The notes under the pieces are model-generated. The model did no database searches. It was not told where the DNA came from and was given only the letters and a program-made list of their open reading frames with translations. From Candidatus Cloacimonadales bacterium (lineage in GTDB: Bacteria > Cloacimonadota > Cloacimonadia > Cloacimonadales > DAONDQ01), in assembly GCA_963662275.1 (NCBI GenBank), contig OY759316.1, positions 2,496,001 to 2,560,000 of the forward strand: a DNA stretch of 64,000 nucleotides. Direction: 5' to 3'. The translations under genes and the position numbers were made by a program. Positions 9,488 through 18,552 of this stretch are shown here, in pieces; the stretch's first letter is position 1; each line of letters begins with the position of its first letter.

Positions 9488-10858
9488 ATGACTACTTTTT
9501 TCTGTACAGATTGCGGCGCTGAAAGTGCGAAATGGTTGGGACGCTGTCCCAATTGCGGTAGTTGGAATACACTGAAGGAATCTGAGAAGGTAACGAAATC
9601 AAAATCTGCTAAGTCCTCTCCCCTACCTATATCTGAGGATTTGAAGCCGGAAGCGCTCACAAGTGTTTCTGAAGAAAAGGAAGATCGTATCCTGACCGGA
9701 ATACATGAATTTGATGGTGTTCTTGGTGGAGGAATTGTTCCAGGTATGGTGACATTAATTGGTGGTGAACCGGGGATTGGAAAGTCAACACTAATGCTGC
9801 AAATATCTGAATGGCTGGGGCTGAAAAAGTTGAAAGTGTTGTATGTATCAGGTGAAGAAAGCAAACACCAGATACGTCTTAGGAGTCAAAGGCTAGGAAT
9901 TCAGTCAGATAATGTATTCCTTCTTTGTGTAACAGAAGTTGAGCATATTATTCATGAAGTAGCGGAATTCAAACCTGATCTCATTGTTATAGATTCCGTA
10001 CAATCGGTCTCCTTTGCCAGCCTGGAAAGTTCTCCGGGAAGTGTATCCCAATTGCGTGAATGTACCCAGATATTCACTAAACTAGCAAAGCAGAGCGGTA
10101 TTCCAGTGTTCCTGATTGGTCATGTCACAAAAGAAGGTTATGTAGCCGGTCCGAAGATTATTGAACATATGGTGGATACAGTACTTTATTTTGAAGGTGA
10201 AACTCAGAATCAATATAAGATACTACGTGCTACGAAAAATCGTTTCGGTTCCACAAACGAGATTGGGGTATTTGAAATGACAAATACCGGATTAAAAGAA
10301 GTAACAAATCCTTCCTCTCTCTTCCTGAGTGAAGAAGAGAATCGATTGGGCATAGCCATCGGTTGCGTACTCGAAGGATCACGTGCTTTTCTTACTGAAG
10401 TTCAAGCCTTGGTTACTCCTGCAAGTTATGGTACTTCCCAGAGAGTTGCCATTGGATTTGACCAGAAGAAACTAGCGATGCTGCTGGCTGTGATGGAAAA
10501 GAACCTGATGCTGAATCTACGTGCCAGTGATGTCTTCCTGAATCTGACAGGAGGTATCAAGGCAACAGATCAGTCTCTTGATTTAGCCGTACTTGGTGCT
10601 GTCATATCCAGTTTGAAGGACATCCCCATTCCTATGAAATCAGTTTTAATTGGTGAAGTTGGTTTAAGCGGTGAAATTCGCCCAGTCTCTCAGATTGAAA
10701 AACGTGTGAAAGAAGCTGAAAAGATGGGATATGAATGGATTATCATACCCGGTAAAAGCAAGCTAGAAATGAAAAGTAAAAAGCTGCATCGAATTACACA
10801 TATCCATGAGTTTTATGCCTTGTTGAAGCAGATGGACGCAGAAGGTGCTAGGTGCTAG
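9488..10858 (+). CDS. radA: DNA repair protein RadA/Sms
   Basis: CxxC-CxxC zinc finger, GEPGIGKS Walker A, KNRFG motif, Lon-like C-terminus. Confidence 0.97.
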   Translation: MTTFFCTDCGAESAKWLGRCPNCGSWNTLKESEKVTKSKSAKSSPLPISEDLKPEALTSVSEEKEDRILTGIHEFDGVLGGGIVPGMVTLIGGEPGIGKSTLMLQISEWLGLKKLKVLYVSGEESKHQIRLRSQRLGIQSDNVFLLCVTEVEHIIHEVAEFKPDLIVIDSVQSVSFASLESSPGSVSQLRECTQIFTKLAKQSGIPVFLIGHVTKEGYVAGPKIIEHMVDTVLYFEGETQNQYKILRATKNRFGSTNEIGVFEMTNTGLKEVTNPSSLFLSEEENRLGIAIGCVLEGSRAFLTEVQALVTPASYGTSQRVAIGFDQKKLAMLLAVMEKNLMLNLRASDVFLNLTGGIKATDQSLDLAVLGAVISSLKDIPIPMKSVLIGEVGLSGEIRPVSQIEKRVKEAEKMGYEWIIIPGKSKLEMKSKKLHRITHIHEFYALLKQMDAEGARC

Positions 10859-11102
10859 GTGTTAGGTGCTAGGTGTTAGGTGTTAGGTGTTAGGTGTTAG
10901 GTGCTAGGTGCTAGGTGTTATGTGCTAGGTGCTAGGTGCTAGGTGTTAGGTGCTAGGTGTTAGGTGTTAGGTGCTAGGTGTTAGGTGCTAGGTGCTAGGT
11001 GCTAGGTGCTAGGTGTTAGGTGTTAGGTGCTAGGTGTTAGGTGTTAGGTGCTAGGTGTTAGGTGTTAGGTGCTAGGTGTTAGGTGTTAGGTCTTACACCT
11101 AA
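10844..11102 (+). repeat. Heptamer microsatellite (GGTGYTA)x35, capped by GGTCTTA and one inverted unit
   Basis: 35 units from 10844 to 11088 (one is TGTGCTA); overlaps the radA stop codon; cacctaa at 11096-11102 is an inverted unit. Confidence 0.97.
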
Positions 11103-11168
11103 TATCACTTATTAGCTGTAAACTTCTGCTATTCTCTTCCCCAACAAGCTACCAGCTACAAGCTTCCT

Positions 11169-11219
11169 CCGGTACATTTCGATACAATTTCTCCTTCGTC
11201 GAAATCACTCAATGAACCG
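11169..11219. repeat. Dispersed ~50-bp hairpin repeat, copy 2
   Basis: Matches 7966-8015 and 16633-16683. Confidence 0.9.
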
Positions 11220-11237
11220 TTCCTATTCCCTTATCTA

Positions 11238-11270
11238 TACCCTATACCCTATACCCTGTACCCTGTACCC
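11238..11270 (+). repeat. Left part of a (TACCCTR)n heptamer microsatellite interrupted by IS21
   Basis: tacccta tacccta taccctg taccctg taccc; the array resumes at 13961. Confidence 0.9.
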
Positions 11271-11437
11271 TGAATAATATTATGAATTTGAGCCATGAGT
11301 ATTCCCAAGTTGAGCCAGTGCTCCACTATAATTGAGCCAGGGAATATTCTACTTTGAGCCACCTTGCATAAATCAGAGTGTGATTAACCATGTGGCAATG
11401 CGCTGAAGAGCGCAAATAACACAATGGAGGTCACAAA

Positions 11438-12990
11438 ATGACCAATTATCGAGAAATCTTGCGTTTACAGGCGCAAGGAATTAGTGAAAGGAATATTGCT
11501 CAAAGCCTGCCGTGCTCCCGCAATACCGTATCCAAGGTGCTGAGGGCAGCAGCCCAACAAGCTGTTTTCTGTCCAATTTCTGATACAATTAGTGACAGGG
11601 AATTGGGGAAGATGCTATTTCCCATTGTAAATATCGAAGGTTGTCGCAGGATGCCTGATTTTGAGCATATTCACAAGGAATTGGGTAAAAGCGGTGTAAC
11701 CTTGTCGTTGTTATGGCATGAATATTCGGAGTTATGCCGTCAGAATCAGACGATACCCTATCAATACAGTCGATTCTGCGAGCTTTACACGGAATATGCT
11801 CATCAAACCAAGGCAACCATGCGCATTCATCACAAGCCGGGTGAGAAGCTTGAGGTTGATTGGGCAGGTCAATCTGCGTATTTGACAAACAATCTTACCG
11901 GGGCACAGCTTAAAGTTCCAGTCTTTGTCGCTGTTTTGCCCTATAGTGGCTATGCTTATGTTGAAGCACTTCCCAATATGAGTCTGTGTAACTGGATTCA
12001 GGCTCATGTAAACTGTTTTCAATATATGAGCGGAGTGGCAAAAATACTGGTACCTGACAACCTCAAGACTGGTGTGGAGCGGGTATCCAGTGGAGGCAGT
12101 GTAATCAACAGGACATATAATGAACTGGCTAATTACTACAATACAGTGGTCATCCCTGCCAGGGTCAGGCATCCCAAGGATAAGGCAAGTGCTGAAGGGA
12201 CAGTAGGTATTATCTCGACCTGGATTCTGGCTGCTCTTCGCAACAGGAGTTTCTTCTCGCTTAGAGAACTCAATAAGGCAATCAGGGAAAAGTTGGCTGA
12301 ATTTAACAGTAAGCCTTTCAGCCTTTCCAGGTCAAAGATGGCTCCCGTGAAAGCGTATTTTGGCAAGAAGAACGAGAGCAGCTGCTTCCCTTGCCGGAGG
12401 CGGCTTATGAACTGGCTACATGGGCTACAGCAACGGTTGGTTACAACTATCACATTATGGTTGATAAGAAGTATTATTCAGTGCCTTATGAATATATCCA
12501 CCACAAAGTGGATATTCGCCTAACCGCCAGGGTGGTGGAGGTCTTTTACAATTCAGTCAGAATAGCCTCCCCCAGGGGCTTGGAGGGAAACTCTGAGCGA
12601 TATCAGACCAATGCCGAGCATATGCCCAGGGATCATCAGGAATACCGTAAATGGGATGCAGAAAGTTTTGTTGACTGGGCTTGTACTATTGGAACAAGCA
12701 CTGAGTTGGTAATCAAGTCAATCCTGGGATCATGCAGGGTTGAACAGCAAGGTTATCGCACTTGCATGGCTGTGCTAAGCGCTTCAAAAAAGTATGGCTG
12801 TCAAAATTTGGAAAGTGCCTGTCAACGAGCATTAAGCTATACGCCAAATCCGAGTTACAGAATCATCAAGACTATTCTAAACTCAAATGAACAGAAGAGA
12901 AGCACCGATAATGATGCTGAAGCGGTGCAAAGCTCAGAGTATGCCATCAGCCGGGAATCAGGTTACTACGGGAGAAACGAAAATGACTAA
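11438..12990 (+). pseudogene. istA: IS21 transposase IstA, frameshifted
   Basis: N-terminal HTH, EVDWAG, VPDNLKTGV, PKDKASAE DDE motifs; tandem duplication AGCCTTTC at 12312-12327 splits it into ORFs 11438-12523 and 12391-12990. Confidence 0.9.
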
Positions 12991-13738
12991 TAATACTACT
13001 ATCATTAAACTTCGAGAGATGCTGTTAAATGGCATGGCAGATGCCTACCGAAATCAGGTTAACGATAAATCACTGGAAAACTACAGCTTTGACGAGCGCT
13101 TTGGCATGCTGGTTGATATAGAATGGGATAAGCGCAAGAATAATAGGCTTAAACGTCTGATTCACGGTGCCGGCTTCAAGTTCAGTAATGCGAGTATAGC
13201 AGATATTGACTACCATGAAGACAGGAAACTTGATCGTAGTGCAATCGTTGAATTGGCGTCATGTTCTTTTATTGGAGAGAATGAGAATATCATCATCACC
13301 GGAGCATCGGGAAGCGGTAAAACATGGCTGGCTTGCGCATTTGGCATAGCTGCCTGCAAGAAATACTTCACTGTAAAATACGTCCGCCTGCCTGAACTGT
13401 TGGATGACCTCGCTGTTAGTCGTTGTGAAGGCGGGCATCAAAGAGTCATAGACAGATATGCCAATGCTAAACTGCTGATACTTGATGAATGGCTGTTAAC
13501 CAGGATAAACGAACAGGAAGCTAAAGATCTCTTTGAAATAGTCGAGATGAGGTATTCCAAAGCATCTACGGTCTTGTGCTCTCAGTTCAAAACCGGAGGA
13601 TGGCACGAGAAGATTGGACAACCCACTCTCGCTGATGCCATCCTTGACCGGCTTGTTCATAACTCTCACCATATATTTATCGATGGGAAGATGTCAATGA
13701 GAGAACGCAAGGGAATAAAACAAATCAATAGAAAATAG
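12983..13738 (+). CDS. istB: IS21 helper AAA+ ATPase IstB
   Basis: GASGSGKT Walker A, LLILDEW Walker B, ADAILDRLVHNSH; ATG 12983 overlaps the end of istA. Confidence 0.93.
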   Translation: MTNNTTIIKLREMLLNGMADAYRNQVNDKSLENYSFDERFGMLVDIEWDKRKNNRLKRLIHGAGFKFSNASIADIDYHEDRKLDRSAIVELASCSFIGENENIIITGASGSGKTWLACAFGIAACKKYFTVKYVRLPELLDDLAVSRCEGGHQRVIDRYANAKLLILDEWLLTRINEQEAKDLFEIVEMRYSKASTVLCSQFKTGGWHEKIGQPTLADAILDRLVHNSHHIFIDGKMSMRERKGIKQINRK

Positions 13739-13760
13739 CCTATTGCCCATTAGGCGCAAC

Positions 13761-13813
13761 GTTCCGGCTGCTGCTTCGCTCGGACTACGTCCTCTCTCCG
13801 CAGCAGCCGGAAC
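13761..13813. other. Strong hairpin downstream of istB inside the IS
   Basis: GTTCCGGCTGCTGC ... GCAGCAGCCGGAAC 14-bp stem. Confidence 0.7.
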
Positions 13814-13960
13814 AGAATCTTGCCAAACACTGCAGATATTATGTTATATGGCGATCAGATACGTAGTGTGGCTCAAAAAGACAATATAGTATGGCTCAAT
13901 TATAGTGAAGCACTGGCTCAACTTAATCGGACAAGGTGGCTTTTCTGAGCGGAATATGCA

Positions 13961-14125
13961 GTACCCTGTACCCTATACCCTGTACCCTGTACCCTATACC
14001 CTGTACCCTGTACCCTATACCCTATACCCTGTACCCTGTACCCTGTACCCTGTACCCTGTACCCTGTACCCTATACCCTGTACCCTGTACCCTATACCCT
14101 GTACCCTGTACCCTGTACCCTATAC
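13961..14125 (+). repeat. (TACCCTR)n heptamer microsatellite, about 23 units (G-rich YAGGGTA on the minus strand)
   Basis: Mixed taccctg/tacccta units running up to the stop codon of the minus-strand glycosyltransferase. Confidence 0.95.
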
Positions 14126-14126
14126 G

Positions 14127-16496
14127 CTATTCCCTATTCCCTTCACCCTCCAGTATCGTCTCAAAGAAAGCATTCCAACTGCATGTATCAATAATATGCT
14201 GCCGTGATATTTCTTTCATTTTAAGATACTCGGGTGTTTGTTTGCGTATCTGTATGATAAGCTTTTCCATTTTTGACTGCCAAGTTTCCAATTCTAAATC
14301 AGGCAAAATGAAACCTGTCACTTGATCAATGATGATTTCCTGAGGTCCTCCCACATTACTGACAAGTGCAGGTAGACCGCAAGATTGCGCTTCCATTACT
14401 GACAAACCATATGTATCCGTTGTACTTGGGAAAACAAATAGGTCACAACCCGCATAATACAAAGGAAGATCAGTATATGGAAGCAAACCAGTAAAAATTA
14501 TTCTTTCATGAAGATATTTCTTCTTTGCCGTTTTCCGATATGGACCATCTCCAACGATGATCAGAGTAATATCCTGATGTTCTTCTGCCAGGTTCGTAAA
14601 TGCAGAAAGAAGAATATCAATGTTCTTATCTTTAGAAGTTCTTCCAGTAAAAAGGAGATATATACCTTCGTCCAAATTATATTTGTTCATCAAGTATTTA
14701 TGGGCATTGGGTCTTGGAATAAATACATTTGTATCAATCCCGGATGGCAATATTTTCATCTTTTGTGAATCGAAACCTTGGGCAGCGAGTATATCGATAT
14801 AAACTTTTGAAGGGACCAGGATTTCATCCATTTGACCATAAAACTTCAAGGATAATTCTTCAATTAATTGAATTACCAGGGATTCATTGTACATCCTACC
14901 CATTTGAGCTGCAAAATCGGTATGATAAATCCCGGTACATTTAATATTCATCAGCTTTGCCACAAGTAAGCCTGTCAAGCCCACAGGACCGGGTGTACTG
15001 ATGATTATCTCATCAGGTTGAGCTTTCATGATGATTTCAAGAGATCTGATAAAAGAGGGAACTTGCAGCATATATAATTTATAATACGGTAATTGAAAAT
15101 GATGAATTGACGGAAGATTGATCATTTTGTCGTATTCATGATTGGGAATTTCGGAACACCCGACAATGAAGATTTGATAATCGTTTTCTGATGAGTATTT
15201 GAGGATATTCTTCATAATCACAGCAACGCCATTCAAATCAAAAATCGTATCAGAAAACCATAGTACTTTCTTCTTTTTTGATTTATTTGTAAGTGTATAT
15301 TTTTCCTGTATTTCAGTAACTAGCTTATGATCTTTGAATAATTGGTAAACTGAATAGAAAAAAGGCATTATCACAATTAGCCCAGGGAGTGAAAGTGATA
15401 GGTTTCGAATTAAATTCAGCAGCTTTCCACGTTTAATATCCTTATCGATAGAATTGAATAGAAGTGAAAAAAACGAATCTACCATCTCAGAAATCTTCTC
15501 AAAAGGTATGGTCGTCCTCATTCTATGATTTGAATCATTCTGGTTAATGTTATTTCCCATTTCCACCAAAGATATTTGAAATTCAATCTCCTGCTTTTTT
15601 AATTTTGTGACATATCTGTGAAGTTTGTATTTTTTCCAAAGATCCACTGTCTGGCTATTGTAAAGATGTTCATTCAGACTCTGGAAAATAACTTGAGAAA
15701 GAACTCCGCCTTTTTTCTTGGAAAAGTCCCAAGAAATATTATACGTGGATAAAACATGTGAGCGAAAATCACCTGGCAAACCGGAAAAAGATGTTTTCTT
15801 ATCCTTCATGCTTTGTATAAAATCGGTAATTGATTCTCCGTCTGCAATTGTATAAGCTTTGGCTAGATTCAAACCTGAATGATCATTTGATCCGCCCGTT
15901 CGTCCTTTCAACCAGGGTGTCTCGGAATAAGGTTCAATATGATATCTTTGCTGAAGTTCTTGGATACGACCAGGAGTTAGATTACTAAGCAGATGATTCC
16001 AAGTGTCGTTGTGTATCGAACTCAACCAGCTATCCAAACCTTCGAATATGTCAAAGAGCAACAGCAGTTTTTCCAGGTGTTCAATCCTCAGTAATCCATC
16101 TACAGAATACGTTGGATGAGCTACTGAATATGCCAGTTGTGTTGACTTCAGGTAATCTCTTAAATGATAAATATTGAATCTATTGTTTTGAATTTCTTGA
16201 AATTGGTCTTCTGAGAAAGCATAAATGAGAATATGAACCTGGCAACCATCTTCCGGAAAGATAGCTGTTGTTTCAACACCCAGAATGACTTTCTCCGGGT
16301 ACTTTTTCTTTAGCTGGAGAACCCCTTCTATACGATTATGGTCTGTTATGGTTACAAAATCCATACCTTGATCGATCAACACTCGATATAAATCTTCCGG
16401 TTCAGAATAGGATTCAGCGACACCCATCTTCTGGATGATACCTGATTTCTGATAATCCGAATACTTTGAATGAACATGTAGATCAATTTTCATCAT
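14127..16496 (-). CDS. PHP-domain / GT4 glycosyltransferase fusion
   Basis: DLHVHS, TITDHN, GVE, AHP, GGSNDH PHP motifs; C-terminal GT-B fold with GIYHTDF and DTYGLSVMEAQSCGLP. Confidence 0.88.
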   Translation of the reverse strand: MMKIDLHVHSKYSDYQKSGIIQKMGVAESYSEPEDLYRVLIDQGMDFVTITDHNRIEGVLQLKKKYPEKVILGVETTAIFPEDGCQVHILIYAFSEDQFQEIQNNRFNIYHLRDYLKSTQLAYSVAHPTYSVDGLLRIEHLEKLLLLFDIFEGLDSWLSSIHNDTWNHLLSNLTPGRIQELQQRYHIEPYSETPWLKGRTGGSNDHSGLNLAKAYTIADGESITDFIQSMKDKKTSFSGLPGDFRSHVLSTYNISWDFSKKKGGVLSQVIFQSLNEHLYNSQTVDLWKKYKLHRYVTKLKKQEIEFQISLVEMGNNINQNDSNHRMRTTIPFEKISEMVDSFFSLLFNSIDKDIKRGKLLNLIRNLSLSLPGLIVIMPFFYSVYQLFKDHKLVTEIQEKYTLTNKSKKKKVLWFSDTIFDLNGVAVIMKNILKYSSENDYQIFIVGCSEIPNHEYDKMINLPSIHHFQLPYYKLYMLQVPSFIRSLEIIMKAQPDEIIISTPGPVGLTGLLVAKLMNIKCTGIYHTDFAAQMGRMYNESLVIQLIEELSLKFYGQMDEILVPSKVYIDILAAQGFDSQKMKILPSGIDTNVFIPRPNAHKYLMNKYNLDEGIYLLFTGRTSKDKNIDILLSAFTNLAEEHQDITLIIVGDGPYRKTAKKKYLHERIIFTGLLPYTDLPLYYAGCDLFVFPSTTDTYGLSVMEAQSCGLPALVSNVGGPQEIIIDQVTGFILPDLELETWQSKMEKLIIQIRKQTPEYLKMKEISRQHIIDTCSWNAFFETILEGEGNRE

Positions 16497-16632
16497 CTGA
16501 TAGTTACATCCCTATTATTGTTCATAATTCTTATTAACAATCTAGCGCAATCTTGTCAAAGAGATAATAAAGATTTAGGTTTCAGGTACCAGGTGTCAGG
16601 TTTTCCTATCTCCTACAAGCGACAAACTTCCT

Positions 16633-16683
16633 CCGGTACATTTCGATACAATTTCTCCTTCGTCGAAATCACTCAATGAGCCG
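16633..16683. repeat. Dispersed ~50-bp hairpin repeat, copy 3
   Basis: Matches the other two copies; preceded by degenerate G-rich heptamers at 16576-16603. Confidence 0.9.
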
Positions 16684-17078
16684 TATTCTCTTATAAGCTT
16701 CATTAACAGGTTATATATTTTCTGGATATTTATGCATATGATATTTTCTAGATAATTTCTGTAATATTTATCAGTCAATATTTATTTGGTAAAGACACTG
16801 CGGGAAATTTGTCCAAGTCTTGCTATTAAGATATTCTTTTCCAATATATTGTCACTATTTCCATTTTGGTTTGTCACATTATTAATACGTAAAATCGAAT
16901 ATTATTTATAGATTAATAGCAAATCTGAACCTAGCAATAGGCAAAACGCTACTTTACATAACAAGAACAAAACATGCAACACTTCTGTAATAGATTCTAT
17001 TTCTGTGAGTGCGTTTTTTAGATTTTCTAATTAAGATAACACCATAGAAGAACCGCTCGCTTAGGAAGGAATAACACA

Positions 17079-17553
17079 ATGAAGAATTTTTACAATTTTG
17101 TTCTTATGCTTCTGATATTATTAAGTTAGCTCAAATTACTGCCTGATAAGGATTAAAAGCTCTTCAAACAGCAACATCTATGATGTTTCAGATTCGGTAT
17201 TTACAATCACATCTACACCTAAACCCCCGGATGGTATCCACATAACCATGATGAATAATGACGCCGTTATTTCTTGGGAACCTGTGACACAAACGATTTA
17301 CAATACCCCGTTAATTCCTGATTATTATCTTGTTTTCCATAGTAATGCCATGAATGGAACGTTTTATTATCTTGATTGGACGGATAATCTTAGTGTGACA
17401 CATCGCAGAGTTGGCATGCATTCTCCCTGTATGTTTTACCAGGTACGAGCATTCAAGGATTATACCAGAAGAATCATGGATATGAAGGTTCTAAATCAGA
17501 ATATGACAGAAGATGAGGTTATTAATATATTGGAAAATAGAGGGAAGAGATAA
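17079..17553 (+). pseudogene. Internally deleted remnant of a secreted protein
   Basis: RBS plus signal-peptide-like MKNFYNFVLMLLILLS* at 17079, then an orphan domain (WEPVTQTIYNTPLIPDYYLVF...MFYQVRA) that looks like a C-terminus. Confidence 0.5.
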
Positions 17554-17592
17554 AAGAGATTAAGATTATAAATTAGCTAAATTATCTGATAA

Positions 17593-17937
17593 TCAAGAAT
17601 TCATTTTTTTATCTACAAGGACTATCTTTTTGTACAATTGTGGTATATCAGTTAAAATTGTTTGCCAGAGAATTCTTGAATCTATCCCCGAATAATTATG
17701 AATTAACACATCACGAAACCTTGCCATTAATTGCCAAGCTATATCTGGAAAGTCGTTTTTAATATCATCTGGTATTCTTTTTGTAGCTTCACCAATAATC
17801 TCAAAACATCTACAGACTGCTAACTGTGTCTTTTTATCTTTGATAAAATCTTCATAACCGACGTTCTGAGTGAATTCAAGAATTAATTCAGAAGCTTCTT
17901 TGATATCTGCTACGAAATCCCCAAATTGCCTTTTCAT
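17593..17937 (-). CDS. HEPN/DUF86 ribonuclease toxin (HepT-like)
   Basis: EIIGEATK...W..MARFRDVLIHNY, i.e. the RX4HXY motif; overlaps the MNT stop codon. Confidence 0.9.
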   Translation of the reverse strand: MKRQFGDFVADIKEASELILEFTQNVGYEDFIKDKKTQLAVCRCFEIIGEATKRIPDDIKNDFPDIAWQLMARFRDVLIHNYSGIDSRILWQTILTDIPQLYKKIVLVDKKMNS

Positions 17938-18230
17938 ATATACACCACTTCATTCAAAATGTTCTTGCCAATATTCGGTTTCAGAGATTCAAGAGTAACT
18001 ACATCTACTTTGCTTTTTAGGATACTTTCCAGGAAATCCTGAAGGGCAAAATACTGAAAGAGGGAAATTGGTTCAGAGAGTTCGATTAAAGTGTCTATGT
18101 CACTATCTTTTGTCTGTTCTTCTCTGACTACTGATCCAAATATACCTATTCTTTTGATATGATAAGTTGTGGTTAAAATATCTCTATTTGCTTGGATTTG
18201 GTTACTAATAAAATTCATTTCCGAAGACAT
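17934..18230 (-). CDS. Minimal nucleotidyltransferase antitoxin (MntA-like)
   Basis: IFGSVVREEQTKDSDID = GSX10DXD; GAGGTG RBS before ATG 18230. Confidence 0.9.
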   Translation of the reverse strand: MSSEMNFISNQIQANRDILTTTYHIKRIGIFGSVVREEQTKDSDIDTLIELSEPISLFQYFALQDFLESILKSKVDVVTLESLKPNIGKNILNEVVYI

Positions 18231-18437
18231 AATCACCTCTTACTATTAGGATTATCGTATAATTTCTATATTCTTATCATCTTATTATGTCAAGTTCTTT
18301 GCGAACAGCTCTCGTTCTCAACTGTCTTATACTATATTTCCACAGTGTTTTTAAGGATAATCCATAAGATCGGAATCTTTTGCCACAACAAAATCTTCTT
18401 GACAATACAAGCCTTTTGCAATAAACGATATACATAA

Positions 18438-18467
18438 CCTTTAATCAGATCCAGAGAGACTGAAAGG
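18438..18467 (+). promoter_or_regulatory. PyrR-binding RNA stem-loop in the pyr operon leader
   Basis: CCTTTAATCAG-ATCCAGAGAGA-CTGAAAGG resembles the PyrR site (UUUAA bulge, UCCAGAGAG loop); TTGACA at 18399-18404; lies directly upstream of pyrB. Confidence 0.8.
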
Positions 18468-18552
18468 AGATGAGTATGAAACAACCTTCAAGTTAGAACA
18501 AACCTCCCAATTCCCTATTTATCCCAAAATTTATCATATTCAGGAGGTTTGT

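Larger units (their letters stand above)
11271..13960 (+). mobile_element. IS21-family insertion sequence (2690 bp) with 6-bp target duplication GTACCC
   Basis: TG...CA termini; TTGAGCCA boxes x4 at the left end and TGGCTCAA x3 at the right end; istA-istB genes; gtaccc at 11265-11270 and 13961-13966. Confidence 0.93.

Noticed and set aside
12290..12400. Programmed frameshift in istA
   Set aside because: No slippery A-run; the break is fully explained by an 8-bp duplication.
10844..14125. Possible CRISPR array
   Set aside because: Contiguous 7-mers without unique spacers; no cas genes in the window.
13905..14325. ORFs with YPVPCTL/YPIPYTL repeats
   Set aside because: Translation of the stop-free strand of the heptamer microsatellite; no RBS and overlapping the real gene on the opposite strand.
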